Part shown: piece after piece, positions 24,001 through 36,806 of the stretch
Numbering within the stretch: position 1 is the first letter of the stretch
Layout of the letters: every line of letters starts with the position of its first letter
NCBI GenBank assembly: GCA_002269645.1
Contig: NIVC01003181.1
Location: 49,653 to 113,652, forward strand
DNA from: Macrostomum lignano
Lineage: Eukaryota
Direction: 5' to 3'
DNA length: 64,000 nt
The notes under the pieces: model-generated
The model's database searches: none
The model's input: only the letters and a program-made list of their open reading frames with translations
What the model was told of the DNA's origin: nothing
Translations under genes and position numbers: made by a program

Positions 24001-24535
24001 GTATCGCTTAGTCCCCCCCCCCAACTCACCCACCCCAAGACTCACCGGTTCTGCACGGCTCGCACTCGCACCGCGGCTTCCGGTTGGCGTCCAAGCCGCA
24101 GCGCTGGCCACTTGGGCACCGGAAGTCCGCGCACGGATTGCAGCGGCCTCTGTACATCGCCTTGACCTGGTAGACAGCGTGACAGGAGGCCCGCATCAGG
24201 TGGCACAGGCTGGGGTAGGTTCGCCCGTCGCTGCCGCACACTTCGCCGCTGTCCTCGGAGTCGCCGACGTTCCAGCAGGTGTTCGGGCAGACGCACCTGT
24301 ACAGGTTGTCCACGTTGACAGCGGGTACGCAGAGGGCATTGTTAGGGCAGGTGGCGTTTTCGCACGGGTTCCGCCAGTTCCGATAGCGGAAGCAGCAGCC
24401 GCCGCCGCTGGCGAAGGGGCTGGCGCAGGCCAGGGCGGCCGCGGAGGACGCTGTCCACAGCAGAAGGCAGCGAATCAGTATGCTGCACTTCAATGAGCCG
24501 CCGCTGCTGTAACAGCCAACAGCAATGGACGGCAT
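18078..24535 (-). CDS. Secreted protein with five Kazal/follistatin domains (agrin N-terminal-like), 3 exons, 475 aa
   Basis: Exons 24046-24535, 18877-19552 and 18078-18339 (GT-AG, phases 1 and 2 match, total 1428 nt). Hydrophobic N-terminus, five VCG(S/T)D(G/E)xTY..C.L..C Kazal cores and a basic tail. Confidence 0.88.
18530..18850. repeat. ~19-20-bp minisatellite (ggggagacaccggttaca) in Kazal-gene intron 2
   Basis: Direct reading of degenerate tandem units. Confidence 0.85.
19850..21135. repeat. Pyrimidine-rich ~28-30-bp minisatellite (ccgcctcactctcccctcctgtctttctctc) in Kazal-gene intron 1
   Basis: Tandem units, nearly all C/T on the + strand. Confidence 0.93.
21540..23065. repeat. Pyrimidine-rich 15-bp minisatellite (ctgtctcctctcccc) in Kazal-gene intron 1
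   Basis: About 100 tandem units with cc/ca/tc variants. Confidence 0.95.
23650..23950. repeat. Degenerate (AGTAG)n microsatellite
   Basis: Direct reading. Confidence 0.9.
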
Positions 24536-27500
24536 CGGAATTCTTTTATAGTGCCGTCAGTGTAGTGGCTAACTAATGTTTGCTATGAGATTATTATCGA
24601 CAATATGACACTATTAAGGTGTCGCACCATTGCCAATGGGTTTAGAGAAGGGCTGAGAGGCTGAGTATATCCGCTGTTGAAATAGAGATTGATCAACTGG
24701 GGCTGATTGGATCTCTCGCTTGCTCACTCCTCCTGGCTTCCAAATATGGGAATAAAATCGCTCCCAACTATTTATCCCCCCTTAGGATGTGGCAGAGCTG
24801 AGGAGGGCAGAGGGGGTGGGGGTTGGGGAGCAGAGCCAAGGAGACCACAAAACCCAGAGCCTGGAGTTGCCAGCTCTTCTCCAGACCTCCTGCAGCAGAA
24901 GATTTTTGCGGCGCATTGATGAGTTCCAGTGGGTGCCAAAATGAGTGCCAGTGGGTGCCAAAATGAATGCCAGTGGGTGCCAAAATGAGTTCCAGTGGGT
25001 GCCAAAATGAATGCCAGTGGGTGCCAAAATGAATGCCAGTGGGTGCCAAAATGAATACCAGTGGGTGCCAAAATGAATGCCAGTGGGTGCCAAAATGAAT
25101 GCCAGTGGGTGCCTAAATGAATGCCAGTGGGTGCCAAAATTAATGCCAGTGGGTGCCAAAATGAGTTCCAGTGGGTGCCAAAATTTGAATGCCAGTGGGT
25201 GCCTAAATGAATGCCTGTGGGTGCCAAAATGAGTGCCAGTGGGTGCCTAAATGAATGCCAGTGGGTGCCAAAATGAGTGCCAAAATGAGTGCCAAAATGA
25301 GTGCCAAAATGAATGCCAGTGGGTGCCAAAATGAGTGCCAGTGGGTGCCAAAATGAATGCCAGTGGGTGCCAAAATGAATGCCAGTGGGTGCCTAAATGA
25401 ATGCCAGTGGGTGCCAAAATGAATGCCAGTGGATGCCAAAATGAGTTTCAGTGGGTGCCAAAATGAATGCCAGTGGGTGCCAAAATGAATGCCAGTGGGT
25501 GCCAAAATGAGTGCCAGTGGGTGCCAAAATGAATGCCTGTGGGTGCCAAAATGAGTGCCAGTGGGTGCCAAAATGAGTGCCAGTGGGTGCCAAAATGAAT
25601 GCCAGTGGGTGCCTAAATGAATGCCAGTGGGTGCCAAAATGAATGCCAGTGGGTGCCAAAATGAGTGCCAAAATGAGTGCCAAAATGAATGCCTGTGGGT
25701 GCCAAAATGAGTGCCAGTGGGTGCCAAAATGAATGCCAGTGGGTGCCAAAATGAATGCCAGTGGGTGCCTAAATGAATGCCAGTGGGTGCCTAAATGAAT
25801 GCCAGTGGGTGCCAAAATGAATGCCAGTGGGTGCCAAAATGAATGCCAGTGGGTGCCAAAATGAGTGCCAAAATGAGTGCCAAAATGAGTGCCAAAATGA
25901 GTGCCAAAATGAATGCCTGTGGGTGCCGAAATGAGTGCCAGTGGGTGCCAAAATGAATGCCAGTGGGTGCCAAAATGAATGCCTGTGGGTGCCTAAATGA
26001 ATGCCAGTGGGTGCCAAAATGAATGCCAGTGGGTGCCAAAATGAGTTTCAGTGGGTGCCAAAATGAATGCCAGTGGGTGCCAAAATGAATGCCAGTGGGT
26101 GCCAAAATGAGTGCCAGTGGGTGCCAAAATGAATGCCAGTGGGTGCCAAAATGAGTGCCAGTGGGTGCCAAAATGAATGCCAGTGGGTGCCAAAATGAAT
26201 GCCAGTGGGTGCCAAAATGAGTGCCAGTGGGTGCCAAAATGAATGCCAGTGGTGCCAAAATGAGTGCCAGTGGGTGCCAAAATGAATGCCTGTGGGTGCC
26301 AAAATGAATGCCAGTGGGTGCCAAAATGAATGCCAGTGGGTGCCAAAATTAATGCCAGTGGGTGCCAAAATGAGTTCCAGTGGGTGCCAAAATGAATGCC
26401 AGTGGGTGCCAAAATGAATGCCAGTGGGTGCCAAAATGAATACCAGTGGGTGCCAAAATGAATGCCAGTGGGTGCCAAAATGAATGCCAGTGGGTGCCAA
26501 AATGAATGCCAGTGGGTGCCAAAATTAATGCCAGTGGGTGCCAAAATGAGTTCCAGTGGGTGCCAAAATGAATGCCAGTGGGTGCCTAAATGAATGCCTG
26601 TGGGTGCCAAAATGAGTGCCAGTGGGTGCCAAAATGAATGCCAGTGGGTGCCAAAATGAGTGCCAAAATGAGTGCCAAAATGAGTGCCAAAATGAATGCC
26701 AGTGGGTGCCAAAATGAGTGCCAGTGGGTGCCAAAATGAATACCAGTGGGTGCCAAAATGAATGCCAGTGGGTGCCTAAATGAATGCCAGTGGGTGCCAA
26801 AATGAATGCCAGTGGATGCCAAAATGAGTTTCAGTGGGTGCCAAAATGAATGCCAGTGGGTGCCAAAATGAGTGCCAGTGGGTGCCAAAATGAGTGCCAG
26901 TGGGTGCCTAAATGAATGCCAGTGGGTGCCAAAATGAATGCCAGTGGGTGCCAAAATGAATGCCAGTGGGTGCCAAAATGAGTGCCAAAATGAGTGCCAA
27001 AATGAGTGCCAAAATGAGTGCCAAAATGAATGCCTGTGGGTGCCAAAATGAGTGCCAGTGGGTGCCAAAATGAATGCCAGTGGTGCCAAAATGAATGCCA
27101 GTGGGTGCCTAAATGAATGCCAGTGGTGCCAAAATGAATGCCAGTGGGTGCCAAAATGAGTTTCAGTGGGTGCCAAAATGAATGCCAGTGGGTGCCAAAA
27201 TGAATGCCAGTGGGTGCCAAAATGAGTGCCAGTGGGTGCCAAAATGAATGCCAGTGGGTGCCAAAATGAGTGCCAGTGGGTGCCAAAATGAATGCCAGTG
27301 GGTGCCAAAATGAATGCCAGTGGGTGCCAAAATGAGTGCCAGTGGGTGCCAAAATGAATGCCAGTGGGTGCCAAAATGAATGCCTGTGGGTGCCAAAATG
27401 AGTGCCAGTGGGTGCCAAAATGAATGCCAGTGGGTGCCAAAATGAGTTTCAGTGAGTGCCAAAATGAATACCAGTGGTGCCAAAATGAATGCCAGTGGGT

Positions 27501-28242
27501 GCCAAAATGAGTGCCAGTGGGTGCCAAAATGAATGCCAGTGGGTGCCAAAATGAATGCCAGTGGGTGCCAAAATGAATGCCAGTGGGTGCCAAAATGAAT
27601 GCCAGTGGGTGCCAAAATGAGTGCCAGTGGGTGCCAAAATGAATGCCAGTGGGTGCCAAAATGAGTGCCAGTGGGTGCCAAAATGAATGCCTGTGGGTGC
27701 CAAAATGAGTGCCAGTGGGTGCCAAAATGAGTGCCAGTGGGTGCCAAAATGAATGCCTGTGGGTGCCAAAATGAATGCCAGTGGGTGCCAAAATGAATGC
27801 CAGTGGGTGCCAAAATGAGTGCCAGTGGGTGCCAAAATGAGTGCCAGTGGGTGCCAAAATGAATGCCAGTGGGTGCCAAAATGAATGCCAGTGGGTGCCT
27901 AAATGAATGCCAGTGGGTGCCAAAATGAATGCCAGTGGGTGCCAAAATGAGTGCCAGTGGGTGCCAAAATGAATGCCAGTGGGTGCCAAAATGAGTGCCA
28001 GTGGGTGCCAAAATGAGTGCCAGTGGGTGCCAAAATGAATGCCTGTGGGTGCCAAAATGAGTGCCAGTGGTGCCAAAATGAGTGCCAGTGGGTGCCAAAA
28101 TGAATGCCTGTGGGTGCCAAAATGAGTGCCAGTGGTGCCAAAATGAATGCCAGTGGGTGCCAAAATGAATGCCAGTGGGTGCCAAAATGAGTGCCAGTGG
28201 TGCCAAAATGAATGCCTGTGGGTGCCAAATGAGTGCCGGTGG

Positions 28243-28618
28243 CATAGATAAAGTATACCATAGATTCCACCCTACCCCCGCGGAGTGTCTAAATTGTGAC
28301 CATCACTTTATTCACTGCGCTCCTATTGGCTGGGCCACGCTATGCACATTGAGTCCACGTGTGTACATTCCCCCAACTCCGCTTTTCTATTATCTCCGCT
28401 TTAACTGTTGAAACTGGTAAGACATCCTTTCGTTCCGCGCATTAAAGTTATAAAGCTTTCTTGTGTGGAAGGGGTGAGGGAATGAAATCGAAGGTGTTAA
28501 AAGGAAGGCTTTCGCGCCAGCCAATGAGAGCACGGTGAGTTTTATGGTGGTCAAAGTTTGGACACGAGCGTGTGTACATTCTGGGCAGGGGTGGAATCTA
28601 TGGTATACTTTATCTATG
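28243..28618. mobile_element. Fold-back MITE copy 1 (TIR CATAGATAAAGTATACCATAGATTCCACCCCT, candidate 8-bp TSD CCGGTGGG; P-superfamily-like)
   Basis: Terminal inverted repeats plus a longer imperfect internal inverted repeat; the left TSD lacks one G in this copy. Confidence 0.85.
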
Positions 28619-30037
28619 CCGGTGGGTGCCAAAATGAATGCCTGTGGGTGCCAAAATGAGTGCCAGTGGGTGCCAAAATGAATGCCAGTGGGTGCCAAAA
28701 TGAGTGCCAGTGGGTGCCAAAATGAATGCCAGTGGGTGCCAAAATGAATGCCAGTGGGTGCCAAAATGAGTGCCAGTGGGTGCCAAAATGAATGCCAGTG
28801 GGTGCCAAAATGAGTGCCAGTGGGTGCCAAAATGAATGCCTGTGGGTGCCAAAATGAATGCCAGTGGTGCCAAAATGAATGCCAGTGGGTGCCAAAATTA
28901 ATGCCAGTGGGTGCCAAAATGAGTTCCAGTGGGTGCCAAAATGAATGCCAGTGGGTGCCAAAATGAGTGCCAAAATGAGTGCCAAAATGAGTGCCAAAAT
29001 GAGTGCCAAAATGAATGCCTGTGGGTGCCAAAATGAGTGCCAGTGGGTGCCAAAATGAATGCCAGTGGGTGCCAAAATGAATGCCAGTGGGTGCCTAAAT
29101 GAATGCCAGTGGGTGCCAAAATGAATGCCAGTGGGTGCCAAAATGAGTTTCAGTGGGTGCCAAAATGAATGCCAGTGGGTGCCAAAATGAATGCCAGTGG
29201 GTGCCAAAATGAGTGCCAGTGGGTGCCAAAATGAATGCCAGTGGGTGCCAAAATGAGTGCCAGTGGGTGCCAAAATGAATGCCAGTGGGTGCCAAAATGA
29301 ATGCCAGTGGGTGCCAAAATGAATGCCAGTGGGTGCCAAAATGAATGCCAGTGGGTGCCAAAATGAGTGCCAGTGGGTGCCAAAATGAATGCCTGTGGGT
29401 GCCAAAATGAGTGCCAGTGGGTGCCAAAATGAGTTTCAGTGGGTGCCAAAATGAATGCCTGTGGGTGCCAAAATGAATGCCAGTGGGTGCCAAAATGAAT
29501 GCCAGTGGGTGCCAAAATGAGTGCCAGTGGGTGCCAAAATGAATGCCTGTGGGTGCCAAAATGAATGCCAGTGGGTGCCAAAATGAATGCCAGTGGGTGC
29601 CTAAATGAATGCCAGTGGGTGCCAAAATGAATGCCAGTGGGTGCCAAAATGAGTGCCAGTGGGTGCCAAAATGAATGCCAGTGGGTGCCAAAATGAGTGC
29701 CAGTGGGTGCCAAAATGAGTGCCAGTGGGTGCCAAAATGAATGCCTGTGGGTGCCAAAATGAGTGCCAGTGGGTGCCAAAATGAGTGCCAGTGGGTGCCA
29801 AAATGAATGCCTGTGGGTGCCAAAATGAGTGCCAGTGGGTGCCAAAATGAATGCCAGTGGGTGCCAAAATGAATGCCAGTGGGTGCCAAAATGAGTGCCA
29901 GTGGGTGCCAAAATGAATGCCAGTGGGTGCCAAAATGAGTGCCAGTGGGTGCCAAAATGAGTGCCAGTGGGTGCCAAAATGAGTGCCGGTGGGTGCCAAA
30001 ATGAATGCCTGTGGGTGCCAAAATGAGTGCCGGTGGG

Positions 30038-30413
30038 CATAGATAAAGTATACCATAGATTCCACCCCTACCCCGCGGAGTGTCTAAATTGTGACCATCA
30101 CTTTATTCACTGCGCTCCTATTGGCTGGGCCACGCTATGCACATTGAGTCCACGTGTGTACATTCCCCCAACTCCGCTTTTCTATTATCTCCGCTTTAAC
30201 TGTTGAAACTGGTAAGACATCCTTTCGTTCCGCGCATTAAAGTTATAAAGCTTTCTTGTGTGGAAGGGGTGAGGGAATGAAATCGAAGGTGTTGAAAGGA
30301 AGGCTTTCGCGCCAGCCAATGAGAGCACGGTGAGTTTTATGGTGGTCAAAGTTTGGACACGAGCGTGTGTACATTCTGGGCAGGGGTGGAATCTATGGTA
30401 TACTTTATCTATG
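30038..30413. mobile_element. Fold-back MITE copy 2
   Basis: Same sequence; flanks gagtg-CCGGTGGG|catag...ctatg|CCGGTGGG-tgcc. Confidence 0.87.
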
Positions 30414-31723
30414 CCGGTGGGTGCCAAAATGAATGCCTGTGGGTGCCAAAATGAGTGCCAGTGGGTGCCAAAATGAGTGCCAAAATGAGTGCCAAAATGA
30501 ATGCCAGTGGGTGCCAAAATGAGTGCCAGTGGGTGCCAAAATGAATGCCAGTGGGTGCCAAAATGAGTGCCAGTGGGTGCCAAAATGAATGCCTGTGGGT
30601 GCCAAAATGAGTGCCGGTGGGTGCCAAAATGAATGCCAGTGGATGCCAAAATGAATGCCTGTGGGTGCCAAAATGAGTGCCGGTGGGTGCCAAAATGAAT
30701 GCCTGTGGGTGCCAAAATGAGTGCCAGTGGGTGCCAAAATGAGTGCCAAAATGAGTGCCAAAATGAATGCCAGTGGGTGCCAAAATGAATGCCTGTGGGT
30801 GCCAAAATGAATGCCAGTGGGTGCCAAAATGAGTGCCAGTGGGTGCCAAAATGAATGCCTGTGGGTGCCAAAATGAGTGCCAGTGGGTGCCAAAATGAAT
30901 GCCAGTGGGTGCCAAAATGAGTGCCAGTGGGTGCCAAAATGAATGCCAGTGGGTGCCAAAATGAGTGCCAGTGGGTGCCAAAATGAATGCCTGTGGGTGC
31001 CAAAATGAGTGCCGGTGGGTGCCAAAATGAATGCCAGTGGATGCCAAAATGAATGCCTGTGGGTGCCAAAATGAATGCCTGTGGGTGCCAAAATGAGTGC
31101 CAGTGGGTGCCAAAATGAGTGCCAGTGGGTGCCAAAATGAATGCCAGTGGGTGCCAAAATGAATGCCAGTGGGTGCCTAAATGAATGCCAGTGGGTGCCA
31201 AAATGAGTGCCAGTGGGTGCCAAAATGAATGCCTGTGGGTGCCAAAATGAATGCCAGTGGGTGCCAAAATGAATGCCAGTGGGTGCCTAAATGAATGCCA
31301 GTGGGTGCCAAAATGAATGCCAGTGGGTGCCAAAATGAGTGCCAGTGGGTGCCAAAATGAATGCCAGTGGGTGCCAAAATGAGTGCCAGTGGGTGCCAAA
31401 ATGAGTGCCAGTGGGTGCCAAAATGAGTGCCAGTGGGTGCCAAAATGAATGCCAGTGGGTGCCAAAATGAGTGCCAGTGGGTGCCAAAATGAATGCCTGT
31501 GGGTGCCAAAATGAGTGCCAGTGGGTGCCAAAATGAATGCCAGTGGGTGCCAAAATGAATGCCAGTGGGTGCCAAAATGAGTGCCAGTGGGTGCCAAAAT
31601 GAATGCCAGTGGGTGCCAAAATGAGTGCCAGTGGGTGCCAAAATGAGTGCCAGTGGGTGCCAAAATGAGTGCCGGTGGGTGCCAAAATGAATGCCTGTGG
31701 GTGCCAAAATGAGTGCCGGTGGG

Positions 31724-32099
31724 CATAGATAAAGTATACCATAGATTCCACCCCTACCCCCGCGGAGTGTCTAAATTGTGACCATCACTTTATTCACTGC
31801 GCTCCTATTGGCTGGGCCACGCTATGCACATTGAGTCCACGTGTGTACATTCCCCAACTCCGCTTTTCTATTATCTCCGCTTTAACTGTTGAAACTGGTA
31901 AGACATCCTTTCGTTCCGCGCATTAAAGTTATAAAGCTTTCTTGTGTGGAAGGGGTGAGGGAATGAAATCGAAGGTGTTGAAAGGAAGGCTTTCGCGCCA
32001 GCCAATGAGAGCACGGTGAGTTTTATGGTGGTCAAAGTTTGGACACGAGCGTGTGTACATTCTGGGCAGGGGTGGAATCTATGGTATACTTTATCTATG
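31724..32099. mobile_element. Fold-back MITE copy 3
   Basis: Same sequence and same flanks. Confidence 0.87.
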
Positions 32100-33077
32100 C
32101 CGGTGGGTGCCAAAATGAATGCCTGTGGGTGCCAAAATGAGTGCCAGTGGGTGCCAAAATGAATGCCAGTGGGTGCCAAAATGAGTGCCAGTGGGTGCCA
32201 AAATGAATGCCAGTGGGTGCCAAAATGAATGCCAGTGGGTGCCAAAATGAGTGCCAGTGGGTGCCAAAATGAATGCCAGTGGGTGCCAAAATGAGTGCCA
32301 GTGGGTGCCAAAATGAATGCCTGTGGGTGCCAAAATGAATGCCAGTGGGTGCCAAAATGAATGCCAGTGGGTGCCAAAATTAATGCCAGTGGGTGCCAAA
32401 ATGAGTTCCAGTGGGTGCCAAAATGAATGCCAGTGGGTGCCAAAATGAGTGCCAAAATGAGTGCCAAAATGAGTGCCAAAATGAGTGCCAAAATGAATGC
32501 CTGTGGGTGCCAAAATGAGTGCCAGTGGGTGCCAAAATGAATGCCAGTGGGTGCCAAAATGAATGCCAGTGGGTGCCAAAATGAATGCCTGTGGGTGCCA
32601 AAATGAATGCCAGTGGGTGCCAAAATGAATGCCAGTGGGTGCCTAAATGAATGCCAGTGGGTGCCAAAATGAATGCCAGTGGGTGCCAAAATGAGTGCCA
32701 GTGGGTGCCAAAATGAATGCCAGTGGGTGCCAAAATGAGTACCAGTGGGTGCCAAAATGAGTGCCAGTGGGTGCCAAAATGAATGCCTGTGGGTGCCAAA
32801 ATGAGTGCCAGTGGGTGCCAAAATGAGTGCCAGTGGGTGCCAAAATGAATGCCTGTGGGTGCCAAAATGAGTGCCAGTGGGTGCCAAAATGAATGCCAGT
32901 GGGTGCCAAAATGAATGCCAGTGGGTGCCAAAATGAGTGCCAGTGGGTGCCAAAATGAATGCCAGTGGGTGCCAAAATGAGTGCCAGTGGGTGCCAAAAT
33001 GAGTGCCAGTGGGTGCCAAAATGAGTGCCGGTGGTGCCAAAATGAATGCCTGTGGGTGCCAAAATGAGTGCCGGTGG

Positions 33078-33454
33078 CATAGATAAAGTATACCATAGAT
33101 TCCACCCCTACCCCCGCGGAGTGTCTAAATTGTGACCATCACTTTATTCACTGCGCTCCTATTGGCTGGGCCACGCTATGCACATTGAGTCCACGTGTGT
33201 ACATTCCCCCAACTCCGCTTTTCTATTATCTCCGCTTTAACTGTTGAAACTGGTAAGACATCCTTTCGTTCCGCGCATTAAAGTTATAAAGCTTTCTTGT
33301 GTGGAAGGGGTGAGGGAATGAAATCGAAGGTGTTGAAAGGAAGGCTTTCGCGCCAGCCAATGAGAGCACGGTGAGTTTTATGGTGGTCAAAGTTTGGACA
33401 CGAGCGTGTGTACATTCTGGGCAGGGGTGGAATCTATGGTATACTTTATCTATG
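33078..33454. mobile_element. Fold-back MITE copy 4
   Basis: Same sequence; the left TSD lacks one G. Confidence 0.87.
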
Positions 33455-34632
33455 CCGGTGGGTGCCAAAATGAATGCCTGTGGGTGCCAAAATGAGTGCC
33501 AGTGGGTGCCAAAATGAGTGCCAAAATGAGTGCCAAAATGAATGCCAGTGGGTGCCAAAATGAGTGCCAGTGGGTGCCAAAATGAATGCCAGTGGGTGCC
33601 AAAATGAGTGCCAGTGGGTGCCAAAATGAATGCCTGTGGGTGCCAAAATGAGTGCCGGTGGGTGCCAAAATGAATGCCAGTGGATGCCAAAATGAATGCC
33701 TGTGGGTGCCAAAATGAGTGCCGGTGGGTGCCAAAATGAATGCCTGTGGGTGCCAAAATGAGTGCCAGTGGGTGCCAAAATGAGTGCCAAAATGAGTGCC
33801 AAAATGAATGCCAGTGGGTGCCAAAATGAATGCCTGTGGGTGCCAAAATGAATGCCAGTGGGTGCCAAAATGAGTGCCAGTGGGTGCCAAAATGAATGCC
33901 TGTGGGTGCCAAAATGAGTGCCGGTGGGTGCCAAAATGAATGCCAGTGGATGCCAAAATGAATGCCTGTGGGTGCCAAAATGAATGCCTGTGGGTGCCAA
34001 AATGAGTGCCAGTGGGTGCCAAAATGAGTGCCAGTGGGTGCCAAAATGAATGCCAGTGGGTGCCAAAATGAATGCCAGTGGGTGCCTAAATGAATGCCAG
34101 TGGGTGCCAAAATGAATGCCAGTGGGTGCCAAAATGAGTTTCAGTGGGTGCCAAAATGAATGCCAGTGGGTGCCAAAATGAGTGCCAGTGGGTGCCAAAA
34201 TGAATGCCAGTGGGTGCCAAAATGAGTGCCAGTGGGTGCCAAAATGAATGCCAGTGGGTGCCAAAATGAATGCCAGTGGGTGCCAAAATGAGTGCCAGTG
34301 GGTGCCAAAATGAATGCCAGTGGGTGCCAAAATGAGTGCCAGTGGGTGCCAAAATGAATGCCAGTGGGTGCCAAAATGAGTGCCAGTGGGTGCCAAAATG
34401 AATGCCTGTGGGTGCCAAAATGAGTGCCAGTGGGTGCCAAAATGAGTGCCAGTGGGTGCCAAAATGAGTGCCAGTGGGTGCCAAAATGAATGCCTGTGGG
34501 TGCCAAAATGAGTGCCAGTGGGTGCCAAAATGAATGCCAGTGGGTGCCAAAATGAATGCCAGTGGGTGCCAAAATGAGTGCCAGTGGGTGCCAAAATGAA
34601 TGCCTGTGGGTGCCAAAATGAGTGCCGGTGGG

Positions 34633-35009
34633 CATAGATAAAGTATACCATAGATTCCACCCCTACCCCCGCGGAGTGTCTAAATTGTGACCATCACTTT
34701 ATTCACTGCGCTCCTATTGGCTGGGCCACGCTATGCACATTGAGTCCACGTGTGTACATTCCCCCAACTCCGCTTTTCTATTATCTCCGCTTTAACTGTT
34801 GAAACTGGTAAGACATCCTTTCGTTCCGCGCATTAAAGTTATAAAGCTTTCTTGTGTGGAAGGGGTGAGGGAATGAAATCGAAGGTGTTAAAAGGAAGGC
34901 TTTCGCGCCAGCCAATGAGAGCACGGTGAGTTTTATGGTGGTCAAAGTTTGGACACGAGCGTGTGTACATTCTGGGCAGGGGTGGAATCTATGGTATACT
35001 TTATCTATG
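34633..35009. mobile_element. Fold-back MITE copy 5
   Basis: Same sequence and same flanks; shares the gtgttAaaagg variant with copy 1. Confidence 0.87.
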
Positions 35010-36429
35010 CCGGTGGGTGCCAAAATGAATGCCTGTGGGTGCCAAAATGAGTGCCAGTGGGTGCCAAAATGAATGCCAGTGGGTGCCAAAATGAGTGCCA
35101 GTGGGTGCCAAAATGAATGCCAGTGGGTGCCAAAATGAATGCCAGTGGGTGCCAAAATGAGTGCCAGTGGGTGCCAAAATGAATGCCAGTGGGTGCCAAA
35201 ATGAGTGCCAGTGGGTGCCAAAATGAATGCCTGTGGGTGCCAAAATGAATGCCAGTGGGTGCCAAAATGAATGCCAGTGGGTGCCAAAATTAATGCCAGT
35301 GGGTGCCAAAATGAGTTCCAGTGGGTGCCAAAATGAATGCCAGTGGGTGCCAAAATGAGTGCCAAAATGAGTGCCAAAATGAGTGCCAAAATGAGTGCCA
35401 AAATGAATGCCTGTGGGTGCCAAAATGAGTGCCAGTGGGTGCCAAAATGAATGCCAGTGGGTGCCAAAATGAATGCCAGTGGGTGCCTAAATGAATGCCA
35501 GTGGGTGCCAAAATGAATGCCAGTGGGTGCCAAAATGAGTTTCAGTGGGTGCCAAAATGAATGCCAGTGGGTGCCAAAATGAATGCCAGTGGGTGCCAAA
35601 ATGAGTGCCAGTGGGTGCCAAAATGAATGCCAGTGGGTGCCAAAATTAGTGCCAGTGGGTGCCAAAATGAATGCCAGTGGGTGCCAAAATGAATGCCAGT
35701 GGGTGCCAAAATGAATGCCAGTGGGTGCCAAAATGAATGCCAGTGGGTGCCAAAATGAGTGCCAGTGGGTGCCAAAATGAATGCCTGTGGGTGCCAAAAT
35801 GAGTGCCAGTGGGTGCCAAAATGAGTGCCAGTGGGTGCCAAAATGAATGCCTGTGGGTGCCAAAATGAATGCCAGTGGGTGCCAAAATGAATGCCAGTGG
35901 GTGCCAAAATGAGTGCCAGTGGGTGCCAAAATGAATGCCTGTGGGTGCCAAAATGAATGCCAGTGGGTGCCAAAATGAATGCCAGTGGGTGCCTAAATGA
36001 ATGCCAGTGGGTGCCAAAATGAATGCCAGTGGGTGCCAAAATGAGTGCCAGTGGGTGCCAAAATGAATGCCAGTGGGTGCCAAAATGAGTGCCAGTGGGT
36101 GCCAAAATGAGTGCCAGTGGGTGCCAAAATGAATGCCTGTGGGTGCCAAAATGAGTGCCAGTGGGTGCCAAAATGAGTGCCAGTGGGTGCCAAAATGAAT
36201 GCCTGTGGGTGCCAAAATGAGTGCCAGTGGGTGCCAAAATGAATGCCAGTGGGTGCCAAAATGAATGCCAGTGGGTGCCAAAATGAGTGCCAGTGGGTGC
36301 CAAAATGAATGCCAGTGGGTGCCAAAATGAGTGCCAGTGGGTGCCAAAATGAGTGCCAGTGGGTGCCAAAATGAGTGCCGGTGGGTGCCAAAATGAATGC
36401 CTGTGGGTGCCAAAATGAGTGCCGGTGGG

Positions 36430-36806
36430 CATAGATAAAGTATACCATAGATTCCACCCCTACCCCCGCGGAGTGTCTAAATTGTGACCATCACTTTATT
36501 CACTGCGCTCCTATTGGCTGGGCCACGCTATGCACATTGAGTCCACGTGTGTACATTCCCCCAACTCCGCTTTTCTATTATCTCCGCTTTAACTGTTGAA
36601 ACTGGTAAGACATCCTTTCGTTCCGCGCATTAAAGTTATAAAGCTTTCTTGTGTGGAAGGGGTGAGGGAATGAAATCGAAGGTGTTGAAAGGAAGGCTTT
36701 CGCGCCAGCCAATGAGAGCACGGTGAGTTTTATGGTGGTCAAAGTTTGGACACGAGCGTGTGTACATTCTGGGCAGGGGTGGAATCTATGGTATACTTTA
36801 TCTATG
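36430..36806. mobile_element. Fold-back MITE copy 6
   Basis: Same sequence and same flanks. Confidence 0.87.

Noticed and set aside
24545-24552. TATAAAAG as the Kazal-gene TATA box
   Set aside because: Only ~10 nt from the sole suitable ATG, too close for normal TATA-to-TSS spacing.
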